DNA from: Candidatus Kaiserbacteria bacterium
Lineage (GTDB): Bacteria > Patescibacteriota > Minisyncoccia > Phycocordibacterales > Phycocordibacteraceae
Direction of reading: 5' to 3'
DNA length: 64,000 bases
NCBI GenBank assembly: GCA_027451665.1
Contig: DAIDIW010000005.1
Coordinates: forward strand, 2,955-66,954
Below, one piece after another: positions 27,201 through 36,194 of this stretch. Under the pieces are notes generated by a model. That model was given only the letters and a program-made list of their open reading frames with translations. It was not told where the DNA came from and searched no databases. Positions within the stretch are counted from its first letter, which is position 1. Every line of letters begins with the position of its first letter. Both the position numbers and the translations under genes were made by a program.

Positions 27201-27682
27201 ACCCGGAGAGCGTGCATCTGTGCGACTGGCCGCATATGGAGAAGAGCCTTTTCAGCCTGTCTGCATTCTTCGGTGGCAAGGAGGAAGCACAGCTTCTCGC
27301 CGGTATGGAGCGCGTGCGGGCGCTCGCGTCCGACGCGCTTCAGCTTCGCCAGAAGGCGGGTATCAAGGTGCGCCAGCCGCTCGCGAAGCTCAAGGTTCCG
27401 GATGCGCTACCCTCGGAGCTCACGGCAATCCTCGCGGATGAGGTAAATGTGAAAAAAGTCGTGACCGGATACTCCACGGTCGAGCTTGAGACTGAGCTCA
27501 CGCCGGAGCTCATTGCGGAGGGTGGCGAACGCGAACGCCAGCGTGCGATCGCGGACGCGCGCAAGTCGGAAGGATTCTCGCCGCATGACCGCGTAACCGT
27601 CCGCGAGCATCCCGAAGGGAAGTATAAGGTCGAGCTTTCGACCGGTACGATACGATTTGATCTCGTGAAGGATGCGTCATAA
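24263..27682 (+). CDS. ileS: isoleucine--tRNA ligase with internal histidine-phosphatase (PGM-like, RHG) domain insertion
   Basis: DGPPFATGLPHSGSLL (HIGH position reads HSGS), WGWDTHGLPIE, editing domain TTPWTLPGN / GTGVVHTAVIYGEDDY, WTISRNRFWASPLPIW, then ~190 aa with RHGEAESN ... ILILSHGDP, then VDCWVESGSMPFA and KVSKS. Confidence 0.85.
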   Translation: MANTDDKGVHKSDTAKKEEEILGFWKREKIFEKSLAKASPSGEFVFYDGPPFATGLPHSGSLLSSVSKDVIPRYKTMRGYNVRRRWGWDTHGLPIENLVEKELGLKNKREILSVGIEKFNETARSMVLAYVHEWKRYIERVGRWVDFDNSYKTMDASFTESVWWALKKIHEKGRLYEGRKVLMYCPHCETPLAKAEIAMDNTYKDVTEEAVTVKFKVKEPEKHGLPHGSYILAWTTTPWTLPGNVALAVGADIRYDVRHRADGYAILAKDRVEALGLEHANLEKELSGAELVGIEYEPLYALDRAKVAEGERGKFEHAYRVYPAGFVHTEEGTGVVHTAVIYGEDDYQLGMKEGLPMVPLLYPNATYNETAPAFLHGQYIKKAEPFIKEDLERRGLLFAKAPNTHSYPHCYRCGTPLIYNAVSSWFIDIQAVKARMLSENGKVNWIPEHLKQGRFAKLIESAPDWTISRNRFWASPLPIWKDASGNVTVIGSLDELKAYVKKSGNRYIVMRHGEAESNIKDEASTDPVRQQSNRLTEKGKEEVRAATMKLMREGVELIYVSPFARTRESAEIVRETLGLPPEAVIEDNRLREIAVGAFEGKPNKEYRAFFASIEERFTKRPPGGETFADVRRRMGEVLYELEERYQGKKILILSHGDPLWLLQMASIGAPAAEAERFPYLAPAGVQALDFTPIPHNRDYELDYHLPYLDEVRLENEKGEPLTRIPEVVDCWVESGSMPFAEYHYPMEHRQEFEKRWPGDFVSEYIGQTRAWFYYMHAMSVSVFDRLAFKNVLTTGTILAADGQKVSKSKKNYTDPYTLFDEYGADAFRYYLMSSVVMQAEDLAFRDEDVKDAHARVVNMLRNVASFYELFKTGDAPASTSTHPLDRWILTRLSQTAREMTEAFDRYDVVHATRAIRPFIDDLSTWYVRRSRDRMRGEDTPDKRAALSVLRHVLREFAKLAAPVLPFVAEEVFRAVRTEGDPESVHLCDWPHMEKSLFSLSAFFGGKEEAQLLAGMERVRALASDALQLRQKAGIKVRQPLAKLKVPDALPSELTAILADEVNVKKVVTGYSTVELETELTPELIAEGGERERQRAIADARKSEGFSPHDRVTVREHPEGKYKVELSTGTIRFDLVKDAS

Positions 27683-28235
27683 GTACGACACGCGGGGTCT
27701 CATACTTGCTCGCGCAAGTGCGGGCGAAGCGAACGCGCTTGTTTCAGTGCTTACGAGTGATCTCGGTCTTGTGCGGGCCCGCGCTCAGGGCATTCGACGG
27801 CCAGGGGCGAAACTCTCCGCTGCCCTCGTGACGCTCGCGGAAAGCGATATCGTGCTCGTGCGCGGGAAGGAGGGATGGCGACTCACGGGCGCCGTGCGTG
27901 CAGACGCCTGGTTCGACCATCTGCCCGATCGCGATGCGCGCGAGCGCGCAGGACGCATCATATCGCTCATACTTCGCCTCGTTGCCGGTGAATCACCGGA
28001 GGAGGCGCTCTATCCCATACTGCACGGCCTCCTTGAGGCACTCGCGGCGCTTCCGGTGCCTGAGCGTGATGCCGTTGAAGTGCTCGCTGCACTCTATGTC
28101 CTCGCCGCGCTCGGATTCGACGACTCGACGCCCCCGTCTGCGCTCTTCGCACCGGAGGCGCGGGCAAAGGCGCAAGCCGAGCGGAGCGCATACATCGTGC
28201 GCGTGAACCGTGGCATCGCAGCGAGCGGACTCTGA
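27672..28235 (+). CDS. recO: DNA repair protein RecO (short form, no zinc-finger C-domain)
   Basis: N-terminal OB-fold pattern (GLILARASAGEANALVSVLTSDLGLVRARAQGIRR) and helical C-terminus ending ALYVLAALGFD. Overlaps the ileS stop by 11 nt. Confidence 0.5.
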   Translation: MRHKYDTRGLILARASAGEANALVSVLTSDLGLVRARAQGIRRPGAKLSAALVTLAESDIVLVRGKEGWRLTGAVRADAWFDHLPDRDARERAGRIISLILRLVAGESPEEALYPILHGLLEALAALPVPERDAVEVLAALYVLAALGFDDSTPPSALFAPEARAKAQAERSAYIVRVNRGIAASGL

Positions 28236-28256
28236 ACGCGCTATACTGGGGTGTAA

Positions 28257-30131
28257 ATGCCGGTATCAGACGATGATCGTTCCGCGCTCGAGCGCGCTCG
28301 GGAGGAACTGTATGACCCGCGTCGGGGAAACGGGCTTAACCGTCCAAGTTTCCTCCGACGCCCCGGTAGCCACACCACCCCGCATTCCTGGGGTGAAGAG
28401 GATCATGCGCGCGGCAAGAAGCATGTGCGCCTAGCCGCGGTCTTCTTCGGGTTCTCGTTCCTTTTCTTTCTCGCTGCCGCAGCCATAGCCGGGTACATTT
28501 TCTACTACGGCGGGAACTCGGTCTCGGTGAACAACATCTCTATCGATGTCCAAGGCCCGACAACTATCGCTGCCGGCGATACCGTACCGCTCTCACTCAC
28601 GCTCACGAATCACAATTCGGTCGCGATACAAAACGCGGCCATCGAGGTAGATTTTCCCGATTCCACCCGTGCAGCCGGCAATCTCGCGCAGCCGTATCCT
28701 CGCTATACGGAGAATCTCGGTACGATTCCCGCAGGGGGGACAATCACGCGTTCCATCCAGGCGGTCATATTCGGCGGCGCTGGCCAGTCGGTCTCGCTCC
28801 CCATCTCGTTCTCTTACGGCACAACGGGGAGCAACGCGGTATTCGTGAAGAAGAGCCAATACACGCTCTCGATCTCTTCGACGCCGCTCTCAATCTCGGT
28901 AGATACGCTCGCCGAGACCGTCTCCGGCAAGCCCATTACCCTCACCCTGAACGTCCGTAGCAATGCGAGCGTCCCGCTCTCGAATGTCGTCGTTCAAGGT
29001 GAATTCCCGTTCGGCTTCCAGTCAGGGACTTCGTCGATGCCGCTCAACGGGTCGAGCTTTCTTCTCGGCACACTTAAGCCGGGCGATACGAGAACCATCA
29101 CCCTTACAGGGACGCTCTCGGGACAGGATAGCGAACAGCGCGTCTTCCACTTCACGGTAGGCACCGCGACCACGCCGGATGCGACCACGCCGGCGGTCGC
29201 CTATATGACGCAGGACGCGGTCGTGACCATCGCGGCACCCTTCATCCAGACGGGGTTTTCCATAAACGGCGTCTCTTCCGACTCTCCGGTCGTTACGTCC
29301 GGGCAGCAACAGAGCGTCTCGCTCTCCTTCACGAATACGCTCGCCACGAACGTGACGAACGCAACCGTGTCGGTCCAGATTAACGGGGGTTCGGTCGATT
29401 ATGGCAGCGTCCATACGACCGACGGTTTCTATCAATCGAGCGTTCACACGATCATCTTTAGCGGCGATACGGACCCTTCGCTCTCGAGTCTTGCGCCGGG
29501 CGCGAGCGGCACGGGCAGCTTCACGTTTAATACGTTGCCGCCGTCCTCGAACGAGCCGTCGCCGCAGATATCATTTGTGATCTCGGTCTCGGGAACGCGC
29601 GTTGGCCAATCAAACGTGCCGGAGACGGTGACGGCATCCCAGACGACGAGCGTAAAGGTGGCTACGCAGGTAGCGCTTCGTGCTGCAGCGCTCCATGCGT
29701 CGGGACCCATAACGAATACCGGTCTCATCCCGCCGCGCGTGAACGCGCCGACCACCTATACGATCGTATGGAATGCTGCGGACGAGGGGAGCGCGGTCGC
29801 CGGCGCGACCGTATCCGCCATCCTGCCGAATTACGTGACGTACACGGGGGAGACGACAGGTACGGGCTCAATCACCTACGATCCCGCATCGCGCACGGTC
29901 ACGTGGAACGCAGGCGATTTCAATCAGGGCGGTTCGGCGCAGGCGGCCTTCCAGGTCTCTCTCACACCGTCGTCCTCCCAAAAGGGAAGCGCGCCGGTGC
30001 TCATGGGCCAGTCCGCCTTTACCGGCTATGACCGTTACGCGGGCGTGCAGGTAACAAGTAACGCCGATCCGGTGACGACCGAAACCACGGGCGACCCCGG
30101 CTACGTTCCAACTGACGCGACTGTCCAATAA
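28257..30131 (+). CDS. membrane-anchored hypothetical protein with repeated beta-rich (Ig/CARDB-like) segments
   Basis: One TM helix (LAAVFFGFSFLFFLAAAAIAGYIFYY) followed by ~530 aa rich in T/S/V/N with recurring TxTLTxxN patterns. Confidence 0.5.
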   Translation: MPVSDDDRSALERAREELYDPRRGNGLNRPSFLRRPGSHTTPHSWGEEDHARGKKHVRLAAVFFGFSFLFFLAAAAIAGYIFYYGGNSVSVNNISIDVQGPTTIAAGDTVPLSLTLTNHNSVAIQNAAIEVDFPDSTRAAGNLAQPYPRYTENLGTIPAGGTITRSIQAVIFGGAGQSVSLPISFSYGTTGSNAVFVKKSQYTLSISSTPLSISVDTLAETVSGKPITLTLNVRSNASVPLSNVVVQGEFPFGFQSGTSSMPLNGSSFLLGTLKPGDTRTITLTGTLSGQDSEQRVFHFTVGTATTPDATTPAVAYMTQDAVVTIAAPFIQTGFSINGVSSDSPVVTSGQQQSVSLSFTNTLATNVTNATVSVQINGGSVDYGSVHTTDGFYQSSVHTIIFSGDTDPSLSSLAPGASGTGSFTFNTLPPSSNEPSPQISFVISVSGTRVGQSNVPETVTASQTTSVKVATQVALRAAALHASGPITNTGLIPPRVNAPTTYTIVWNAADEGSAVAGATVSAILPNYVTYTGETTGTGSITYDPASRTVTWNAGDFNQGGSAQAAFQVSLTPSSSQKGSAPVLMGQSAFTGYDRYAGVQVTSNADPVTTETTGDPGYVPTDATVQ

Positions 30132-30159
30132 TCCGCGTTTCGTGTAAGTTTCTCTGTAT

Positions 30160-31491
30160 ATGTCCGACAGCAACCTCATGGAGAAGATCGTCTCGCTCTG
30201 TAAGCGCCGCGGGTTCCTCTTTCCGGGCTCGGAGATCTATGGCGGTCTCGCCGGCACCTATGATTACGGCCCTATGGGCGTCCTCCTCAAGGAGAATGTA
30301 GAGCGCATCTGGCGTGAACTCTTCCGCGACGGTCGCGACGACATATACGGCGTCGACGCTGCCATCCTTATGAATCCGAAGGTGTGGGAGGCATCCGGGC
30401 ACACGGCGACCTTCGCCGACCCGCTCGTCGTCTGCGCGGAGTGCAAGCGCCGTTTCCGCGCCGATCAGTTGGATGATCCATCCGTATGTCCCGAGTGTTC
30501 CGGCGCGCTCTCTGAGCCAAAGCCTTTCAATATGATGTTCGCAACGAAAGCAGGCGTCGCGGAAGATGAATCAGCGACCGTGTACCTGCGACCGGAGACT
30601 GCCGGCGGCATATTTGTGAACTATAAGAACGTGATGGATTCCGTTCATCCGAAGCTGCCGTTCGGCATCGCTCAGATAGGGAAGGCGTTCCGGAATGAGA
30701 TCGCACCACGGGACTTCATCTTCCGTCTCCGCGAGCTTTCGCAGATGGAGGTCGAATACTTCGTCGCGCCCGCGGCGTGGGAGAAGGCGTTCGAGGAGTG
30801 GCGGGAGACCATGCACGCGTATGCGCGAGCGCTCGCACTTCCGGATGAGAAGCTGCATGAGCTCGAGGTACCGCAGGATGATCTCGCGCACTACTCGAAG
30901 CGTACGATCGACTTTGAATTCGACTATCCGTTCGGTCGGAAAGAGCTCTGGGGGCTCGCGTACCGGACCGACTTCGACCTCTCGGCACACATGGAGAGAA
31001 GCAGCGCGTCGTTTGAGTATCTTGATGAGGAAACCAAGGAGAAGTTCGTGCCGCACGTCATCGAGCCATCATTGGGCGTCGACCGTACCGTACTTGCGGT
31101 GCTCGCAAGCGCGTATCGCGAAGATGAGCTTGGGGGCGAGACGCGCACATACCTTACGCTCGCACCGAAGGTCGCACCGGTGAAGGCGATGGTCTCGCCG
31201 CTCTTAAAGAACAAGCCGGAGCTCGTCGAGAAGGCGAGGGAAGTCCGCGCTGTGCTGCGCGCCGCGCTCCCGGGTGCGGTGATAGCCTGGGACGACAACG
31301 GCAATATCGGGAAGCGATACCGCCGGCAGGATGAGATCGGTACGCCGTTCTGCGTGACCGTCGATTTCGATACCCTGGGCGAGAAGCCGGAGTTCGCGAA
31401 CACGGTGACGCTCCGCGACCGCGACACCGGGGCGCAAGAACGCCTCTCCGTCCCGGATGTTGCGGGACGCATCCGCGCCGCGCTCGCCTAG
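30160..31491 (+). CDS. glyQS: glycine--tRNA ligase (alpha2 dimeric type)
   Basis: RRGFLFPGSEIYGGLAGTYDYGPMGVLLKENV class II motif 1 and the anticodon-binding C-terminus typical of GlyRS. Confidence 0.85.
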   Translation: MSDSNLMEKIVSLCKRRGFLFPGSEIYGGLAGTYDYGPMGVLLKENVERIWRELFRDGRDDIYGVDAAILMNPKVWEASGHTATFADPLVVCAECKRRFRADQLDDPSVCPECSGALSEPKPFNMMFATKAGVAEDESATVYLRPETAGGIFVNYKNVMDSVHPKLPFGIAQIGKAFRNEIAPRDFIFRLRELSQMEVEYFVAPAAWEKAFEEWRETMHAYARALALPDEKLHELEVPQDDLAHYSKRTIDFEFDYPFGRKELWGLAYRTDFDLSAHMERSSASFEYLDEETKEKFVPHVIEPSLGVDRTVLAVLASAYREDELGGETRTYLTLAPKVAPVKAMVSPLLKNKPELVEKAREVRAVLRAALPGAVIAWDDNGNIGKRYRRQDEIGTPFCVTVDFDTLGEKPEFANTVTLRDRDTGAQERLSVPDVAGRIRAALA

Positions 31492-31522
31492 CGAGGGCGG
31501 ACGGGGCGGGCTGTGCTAGGAT

Positions 31523-32593
31523 TTGCGTATGTCAGAGACTCGATTCTCGATCGCGCCCGGATCGGTCATCACGACGCTTCTCATCCTGCTTGGGGCCTAT
31601 GTGCTCTGGCTCTTGCGCGACCTCGTGTTGCTTATCATCACCTCGGTCGTGATCGCCTCGGCGATCGAGCCGGGCATCCTCTTCTTCGCACGCCACCGCA
31701 TCCCGCGGTTTATCGCGACGCTCCTCATGTACGTGCTCGTATTCGGGAGCGTCTTCGCGCTCATATATTTCTTCTTTCCGCCCATTATTGCGGACGCCGC
31801 GCAGTTCCTCTCAAGCGTACCGCAGTACCTGAACACATTGAACGTACCGGCTTCCTTCGCAGGCATCAGCAATGCCACAAATCTCATCGGCTCGTCGCAT
31901 CAGGCACAATCGCTTATCTCCACGCTCGCCACGCTCCAAGGCGCGTTCAGCTCGACCTCAGGCGGCGTCGTGCAACTATTCGCCACCTTCTTTGGCGGCA
32001 TCTTCTCGCTCGTGCTCGTTATCGTGCTCTCATTCTACTTCGCGCTTCAGGAAACGGGCGTCGATGACTTCCTGCGTCTCATCATGCCGGCGCAGCATGA
32101 GGACTACGCGGTCAATCTTTGGAAACGTTCGCAGAAGAAGATCGGGCGCTGGATGCAGGGGCAGATCCTGCTGTCGGTCATCGTGGGCGTGCTTGTCTAC
32201 CTCGGCCTCCTCATCATTAACGTTCCGTATGCGCTCTTGCTCGCGGTGTTCACCTCGCTCGCGGAGATCATACCGATCTTCGGCTCGCTTATGGCCGGTG
32301 CCGCAGCCGCCGCGGTTGGCTTCTCGCAGGGCGGTATCGCGCTCGCGGCCATCATCGTAGGCCTTTATATCGTCGTGAACCAGTTCGAGACGAATCTCAT
32401 CTACCCCCTCATCGTGAAGAAGGTCGTGGGCGTACCGCCGTTGCTCGTCATTGTGGCGCTCATTGCCGGCGGGGTGATCGCCGGATTTCTCGGCGTCCTT
32501 CTCTCGGTACCGATTGCCGCTGTGGCGCTCGAATTTCTTTCCGACTTTGACAAGCGCAAGCGGCGTGTGCAGCACCATCCGCATACCGCTTGA
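31523..32593 (+). CDS. AI-2E family transporter (PerM/UPF0118)
   Basis: Eight predicted TM helices. LAEIIPIFGSLMAGAAAA and YPLIVKKVVGVPPLLVIVAL motifs of AI-2E. Confidence 0.7.
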   Translation: MRMSETRFSIAPGSVITTLLILLGAYVLWLLRDLVLLIITSVVIASAIEPGILFFARHRIPRFIATLLMYVLVFGSVFALIYFFFPPIIADAAQFLSSVPQYLNTLNVPASFAGISNATNLIGSSHQAQSLISTLATLQGAFSSTSGGVVQLFATFFGGIFSLVLVIVLSFYFALQETGVDDFLRLIMPAQHEDYAVNLWKRSQKKIGRWMQGQILLSVIVGVLVYLGLLIINVPYALLLAVFTSLAEIIPIFGSLMAGAAAAAVGFSQGGIALAAIIVGLYIVVNQFETNLIYPLIVKKVVGVPPLLVIVALIAGGVIAGFLGVLLSVPIAAVALEFLSDFDKRKRRVQHHPHTA

Positions 32594-32599
32594 GGCCGC

Positions 32600-34033
32600 A
32601 TGTCGCGCTACATCACCACCACGCTCCCATACGTGAACGCCGATCCGCACTTGGGCCATGCGCTCGAATTCGTGCAGGCAGACTTCCTCGCGCGCACAGC
32701 GCGCATGCGGGGAGAAGCGACTTTCCTCAACGTCGGTACTGACGAACACGGCCTCAAGATCGCACAGAGAGCCGAAGCGACAGGGCAGGAGCCGCAGGCG
32801 TATGCTGATGAGTACGCGGCACGCTTCAAGGCCTTTGCCGATGCGCTCGACATCTCATACGATTCGTTCGTCCGCACGACTGACGCGCGTCACGAGAAGG
32901 CCGCCCAGGCATTCTGGAAGAGATGCGCTGATGCCGGCGATATCTATAAGGCCACCTATGAGGTGAAATATTGCGTCGGATGCGAGCTCGAGAAGACGGA
33001 TTCAGAGCTCGTGAATGGTCGCTGTCCTCTCCATCCGAATCTAGAGCTCGAGATCCGCGAAGAGGAGAATTATTATTTCCGATTCTCGAAGTATGGGGAC
33101 ACGCTCTTGGCGCAGTACGAAGGGCATCCGGAGTTCGTTGTCCCTGACGGTCGTATGCGGGAGCTCACGGCGTTCGTCTCGACAGGTTTGAAGGACTTCA
33201 GCATCTCCCGCCCAAAAGACAAGCTTTCCTGGGGCGTGCCGGTTCCCGGCGACGAAGCGCATGTCATGTACGTGTGGTTCGATGCGCTTGTGAATTACGT
33301 CTCGGCTATCGGCTGGCCGGAGGATGAGGGATCATTCTCGAAGTGGTGGCCCGCGACTCAACTCGCCGGCAAGGACAATCTCCGTCAGCAGACCGCCATG
33401 TGGCAGGCGATGCTCCTCTCAGCCGGCCTCCCGCTCTCGAAGGAGATCTTCATACACGGATTCATAACCTCAGGCGGTCAGAAGATGAGCAAATCGCTCG
33501 GCAATGTCATTGATCCGATGAAGATCATGACGACGTACGGCGTTGATGCCCTCCGTTATGTCCTCCTGCGGCACGTGAATCCTTACGAGGATTCGGATCT
33601 TACCGAAGATTCCATCCGTGCGCATTACACGGCGCATCTGACGAACGGTCTCGGGAACCTTGTCGCGCGCGTCATGAAGCTCGCGGAAGAGCATCTGCCG
33701 CATCCGGCGAAACTTTCACGCGATACGGAGGTGGTGGACAGCCGGTTCCTGTCGCTCGTGGAGTCGTTCCGTTTTAATGACGCGATGGATATCGTGTTCG
33801 AGAAGATCGCGCATGCGGATGCCTATATGACCAAGTACGCTCCCTATAAGGGGATCAAAAGCGGCGATACGGTCGAGCGCGAACGCGCACGCGATCAGAT
33901 CGAGAACCTTGTGGGTCAGATCGCCGCAATTGCTGTGCATCTCACTCCCGCCTTGCCGCGTACGGCAGCGAAGATCGCCGCGGCAGTCCGTAAGAATCAG
34001 AAGCCCGAGAATCTCTTCCCGCGCATCGTGTAG
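32600..34033 (+). CDS. metG: methionine--tRNA ligase
   Basis: TTTLPYVNADPHLGHALE (HIGH), CxxC zinc knuckle (CVGC...CPLH), GQKMSKSLGNVIDP (KMSKS). Confidence 0.9.
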   Translation: MSRYITTTLPYVNADPHLGHALEFVQADFLARTARMRGEATFLNVGTDEHGLKIAQRAEATGQEPQAYADEYAARFKAFADALDISYDSFVRTTDARHEKAAQAFWKRCADAGDIYKATYEVKYCVGCELEKTDSELVNGRCPLHPNLELEIREEENYYFRFSKYGDTLLAQYEGHPEFVVPDGRMRELTAFVSTGLKDFSISRPKDKLSWGVPVPGDEAHVMYVWFDALVNYVSAIGWPEDEGSFSKWWPATQLAGKDNLRQQTAMWQAMLLSAGLPLSKEIFIHGFITSGGQKMSKSLGNVIDPMKIMTTYGVDALRYVLLRHVNPYEDSDLTEDSIRAHYTAHLTNGLGNLVARVMKLAEEHLPHPAKLSRDTEVVDSRFLSLVESFRFNDAMDIVFEKIAHADAYMTKYAPYKGIKSGDTVERERARDQIENLVGQIAAIAVHLTPALPRTAAKIAAAVRKNQKPENLFPRIV

Positions 34034-34043
34034 GCAAGCTGGT

Positions 34044-34838
34044 ATGAGGTACATTGACGTCCACTGCCACGTGCAATTCGAGGATTATGTGCGCGATCAA
34101 GCGGAGCTTCTCGAACGCATGCGGGAGCGTGAAGTCGGCGGCATCGTGGTGGGCGTCGACAGACGTTCCTCCGAAGAGGCGCTCGCGCTCGCGAGGCGCT
34201 ACGACCATCTCTGGGCGGCGGTCGGTGTGCATCCGAATCGCATTCCGCAAGAGCTGTTCGTCGAAGCTTTCTATCGGAAGCTTGCCGAAGACCCGAAAGT
34301 GGTCGCGATAGGGGAGTGCGGGCTCGATTACTATCGGCCGACGCAGCTGACAGATGAGGTGAAGCATGCGCAGCAGGACGCGCTTCGGGCTCATGCCGAC
34401 CTTGCCGCAATACTTGGGAAGCCACTCATCATCCACGCGCGGCCGAGTAAGGGCACGCAGGACGCGTATCACGATCTCATCGCGCTCCTTACCGAGAAGA
34501 AGGCAGAACATGGGAAGCGGTTTACGGGCGACATCCATTTCTTCGTGGGCGGGGTAGCGGAAGCAGCGGAGCTGTTCGCACTCGATTTCACCACTTCATT
34601 TACGGCGGTAATCACGTTCACCCGTGACTACGATGAGGTCATACGCACCGCGCCCTCGGACCGCATCCTCTCGGAGACGGACGCCCCCTACGTGGCCCCG
34701 GCCTCACGCCGGTACGAGCGCAATGATCCGCTCGCGGTCGAGGAGGTCGTCCGGCGCATCGCGGAGATCCGTGAAGCGCCTGAAGAGGATGTCCGCGCTG
34801 CCATGCTTGCGAACGCCCGCCGCGTCTTCCGACTCTAA
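34044..34838 (+). CDS. tatD: TatD-family metal-dependent hydrolase/DNase
   Basis: MRYIDVHCHV..., GECGLDY and ETDAPY motifs. Classic metG-tatD linkage. Confidence 0.8.
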   Translation: MRYIDVHCHVQFEDYVRDQAELLERMREREVGGIVVGVDRRSSEEALALARRYDHLWAAVGVHPNRIPQELFVEAFYRKLAEDPKVVAIGECGLDYYRPTQLTDEVKHAQQDALRAHADLAAILGKPLIIHARPSKGTQDAYHDLIALLTEKKAEHGKRFTGDIHFFVGGVAEAAELFALDFTTSFTAVITFTRDYDEVIRTAPSDRILSETDAPYVAPASRRYERNDPLAVEEVVRRIAEIREAPEEDVRAAMLANARRVFRL

Positions 34839-34886
34839 CGGCCGGTCGTTGCCTCAGGGCAGGGCCCGTGGTACCATCGCGGAATC

Positions 34887-35366
34887 ATGGCTAAGAACGA
34901 GGCAGAAATGAACGATGCTACCGCGCAGGACGGCGCGGCGCGCGTCTATGAGCTCGGGTTCCATCTCGACCCGGAACTCCCGACTGAGGAGGTGAAGGCC
35001 GCGTACGCGGCGCTGCGCAAGATCGTCGAAGTGCAGGGTACGATCGTCGCCGAAGGCGAACCGCTTCACATCCAGCTCGCCTACACGATCTCCCGCCAGG
35101 AGACCGGCGGTCGCCGCGATTTCAATGCCGCTTATTTTTGCTGGATTGCCTATGAGGCGACGGTCGAAGCGCATGCGGCGGTGCTCGAAGCGGCTAAGGA
35201 TGAGAAGCGCATCATCCGCTTCATCGACCTCGCGACGACGAAAGATGCGGCGCGCCATGCGGCAGAGCTCCGCGAGCTCGCGATGAAGGCTCCGGAAGGA
35301 GAGTCTGCAGAGGGGGATGAAGCGGACGCGGAACTTGACGCAGCGCTCGAGAGCGCGGCGGCCTAG
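34887..35366 (+). CDS. rpsF: 30S ribosomal protein S6
   Basis: YELGFHLDPELPTEEVKAAYAALRKIVEVQGTIVAEGEP S6 fold signature. Acidic C-terminal tail. Confidence 0.8.
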   Translation: MAKNEAEMNDATAQDGAARVYELGFHLDPELPTEEVKAAYAALRKIVEVQGTIVAEGEPLHIQLAYTISRQETGGRRDFNAAYFCWIAYEATVEAHAAVLEAAKDEKRIIRFIDLATTKDAARHAAELRELAMKAPEGESAEGDEADAELDAALESAAA

Positions 35367-35382
35367 GGTATACTGGAAGGGC

Positions 35383-35832
35383 ATGTATCTCAACAAGGTA
35401 TTCCTGTACGGCAATCTGACTCGCGATCCGGAGGTACGCGCCCTTCCTTCGGGCGGCCAGGTGGCGACCTTCGGGCTCGCGACGAATCGCTCGTACAAAG
35501 ACAAGAACGGGCAGAAGCAGGAGGCGACGGAATTCCATAACATCGTCGCCTTCGGCAAGCCCGCAGAGCTCATCGCACAATACATGAAGAAGGGCCGTCC
35601 CCTTTTCGTCGAAGGTCGTCTCCAAACGCGTTCCTGGGACGATAAGGAAACGGGGAAGAAAAATTACCGCACCGAGATCGTCGTTGATAACTTCCAGTTC
35701 GGTGACGGCGGTCGTTCAAGCGGCGGCGAATACGGATCGGCTCCGGCGTCGCAGGGTGCGCCGGCAGCGGCAAACGGAGAGGAAATCCAGTATCCGGACG
35801 AAGAGATAAACCCGGAAGACATCCCGTTTTAG
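35383..35832 (+). CDS. ssb: single-stranded DNA-binding protein
   Basis: MYLNKVFLYGNLTRDPEVRALPSGGQVATFGLATNRSYKDKNG...TEFHNIVAFGKPAE OB-fold, Gly-rich linker, C-terminal acidic tip ..EDIPF. Confidence 0.85.
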   Translation: MYLNKVFLYGNLTRDPEVRALPSGGQVATFGLATNRSYKDKNGQKQEATEFHNIVAFGKPAELIAQYMKKGRPLFVEGRLQTRSWDDKETGKKNYRTEIVVDNFQFGDGGRSSGGEYGSAPASQGAPAAANGEEIQYPDEEINPEDIPF

Positions 35833-35919
35833 TGAGCTTTTAGCTGAGTGCGCACGACGTACCTGAATTTGCATTACGAAACGAAAAGCTATAATCTAGC
35901 AGCTACTAAATCTATCCAT

Positions 35920-36126
35920 ATGGCACACCAGGCAGAGCGAGAAGAGATTGAAGTCAAGAAATTCGTCGACTACAAGGACGTTGCGTATCTGAAGCAGTTT
36001 ACGAACGCGCACGCCAAGATGCTGAATCATCGCCGCACGGGCATTCCTGCCTTGAAGCAGCGCGAGATCGCGAACGCTGTGAAGCGCGCTCGTTTCATGG
36101 GCCTTCTTCCGTACGTCGCCTCCTAG
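35920..36126 (+). CDS. rpsR: 30S ribosomal protein S18
   Basis: FVDYKDVAYLKQFTNAHAKMLNHRRTGIPALKQREIANAVKRARFMGLLPY matches S18. Confidence 0.85.
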   Translation: MAHQAEREEIEVKKFVDYKDVAYLKQFTNAHAKMLNHRRTGIPALKQREIANAVKRARFMGLLPYVAS

Positions 36127-36144
36127 CGACCGCTTCGGGAGGCA

Positions 36145-36188
36145 GAGTACACGAAGGGCCCGCCAGTGGCGGGCCCTTCGTGTACTCT
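36145..36188. terminator. bidirectional terminator (20-bp perfect stem gagtacacgaagggcccgcc / ggcgggcccttcgtgtactc)
   Basis: Lies between the convergent rpsR and efp genes. Confidence 0.55.
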
Positions 36189-36194
36189 GCAGAT

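Noticed and set aside
36127-36194. Expected rplI (L9) after rpsR
   Set aside because: Not present; a bidirectional terminator and convergent efp follow. L9 absence is noted but not claimed genome-wide from this window alone.
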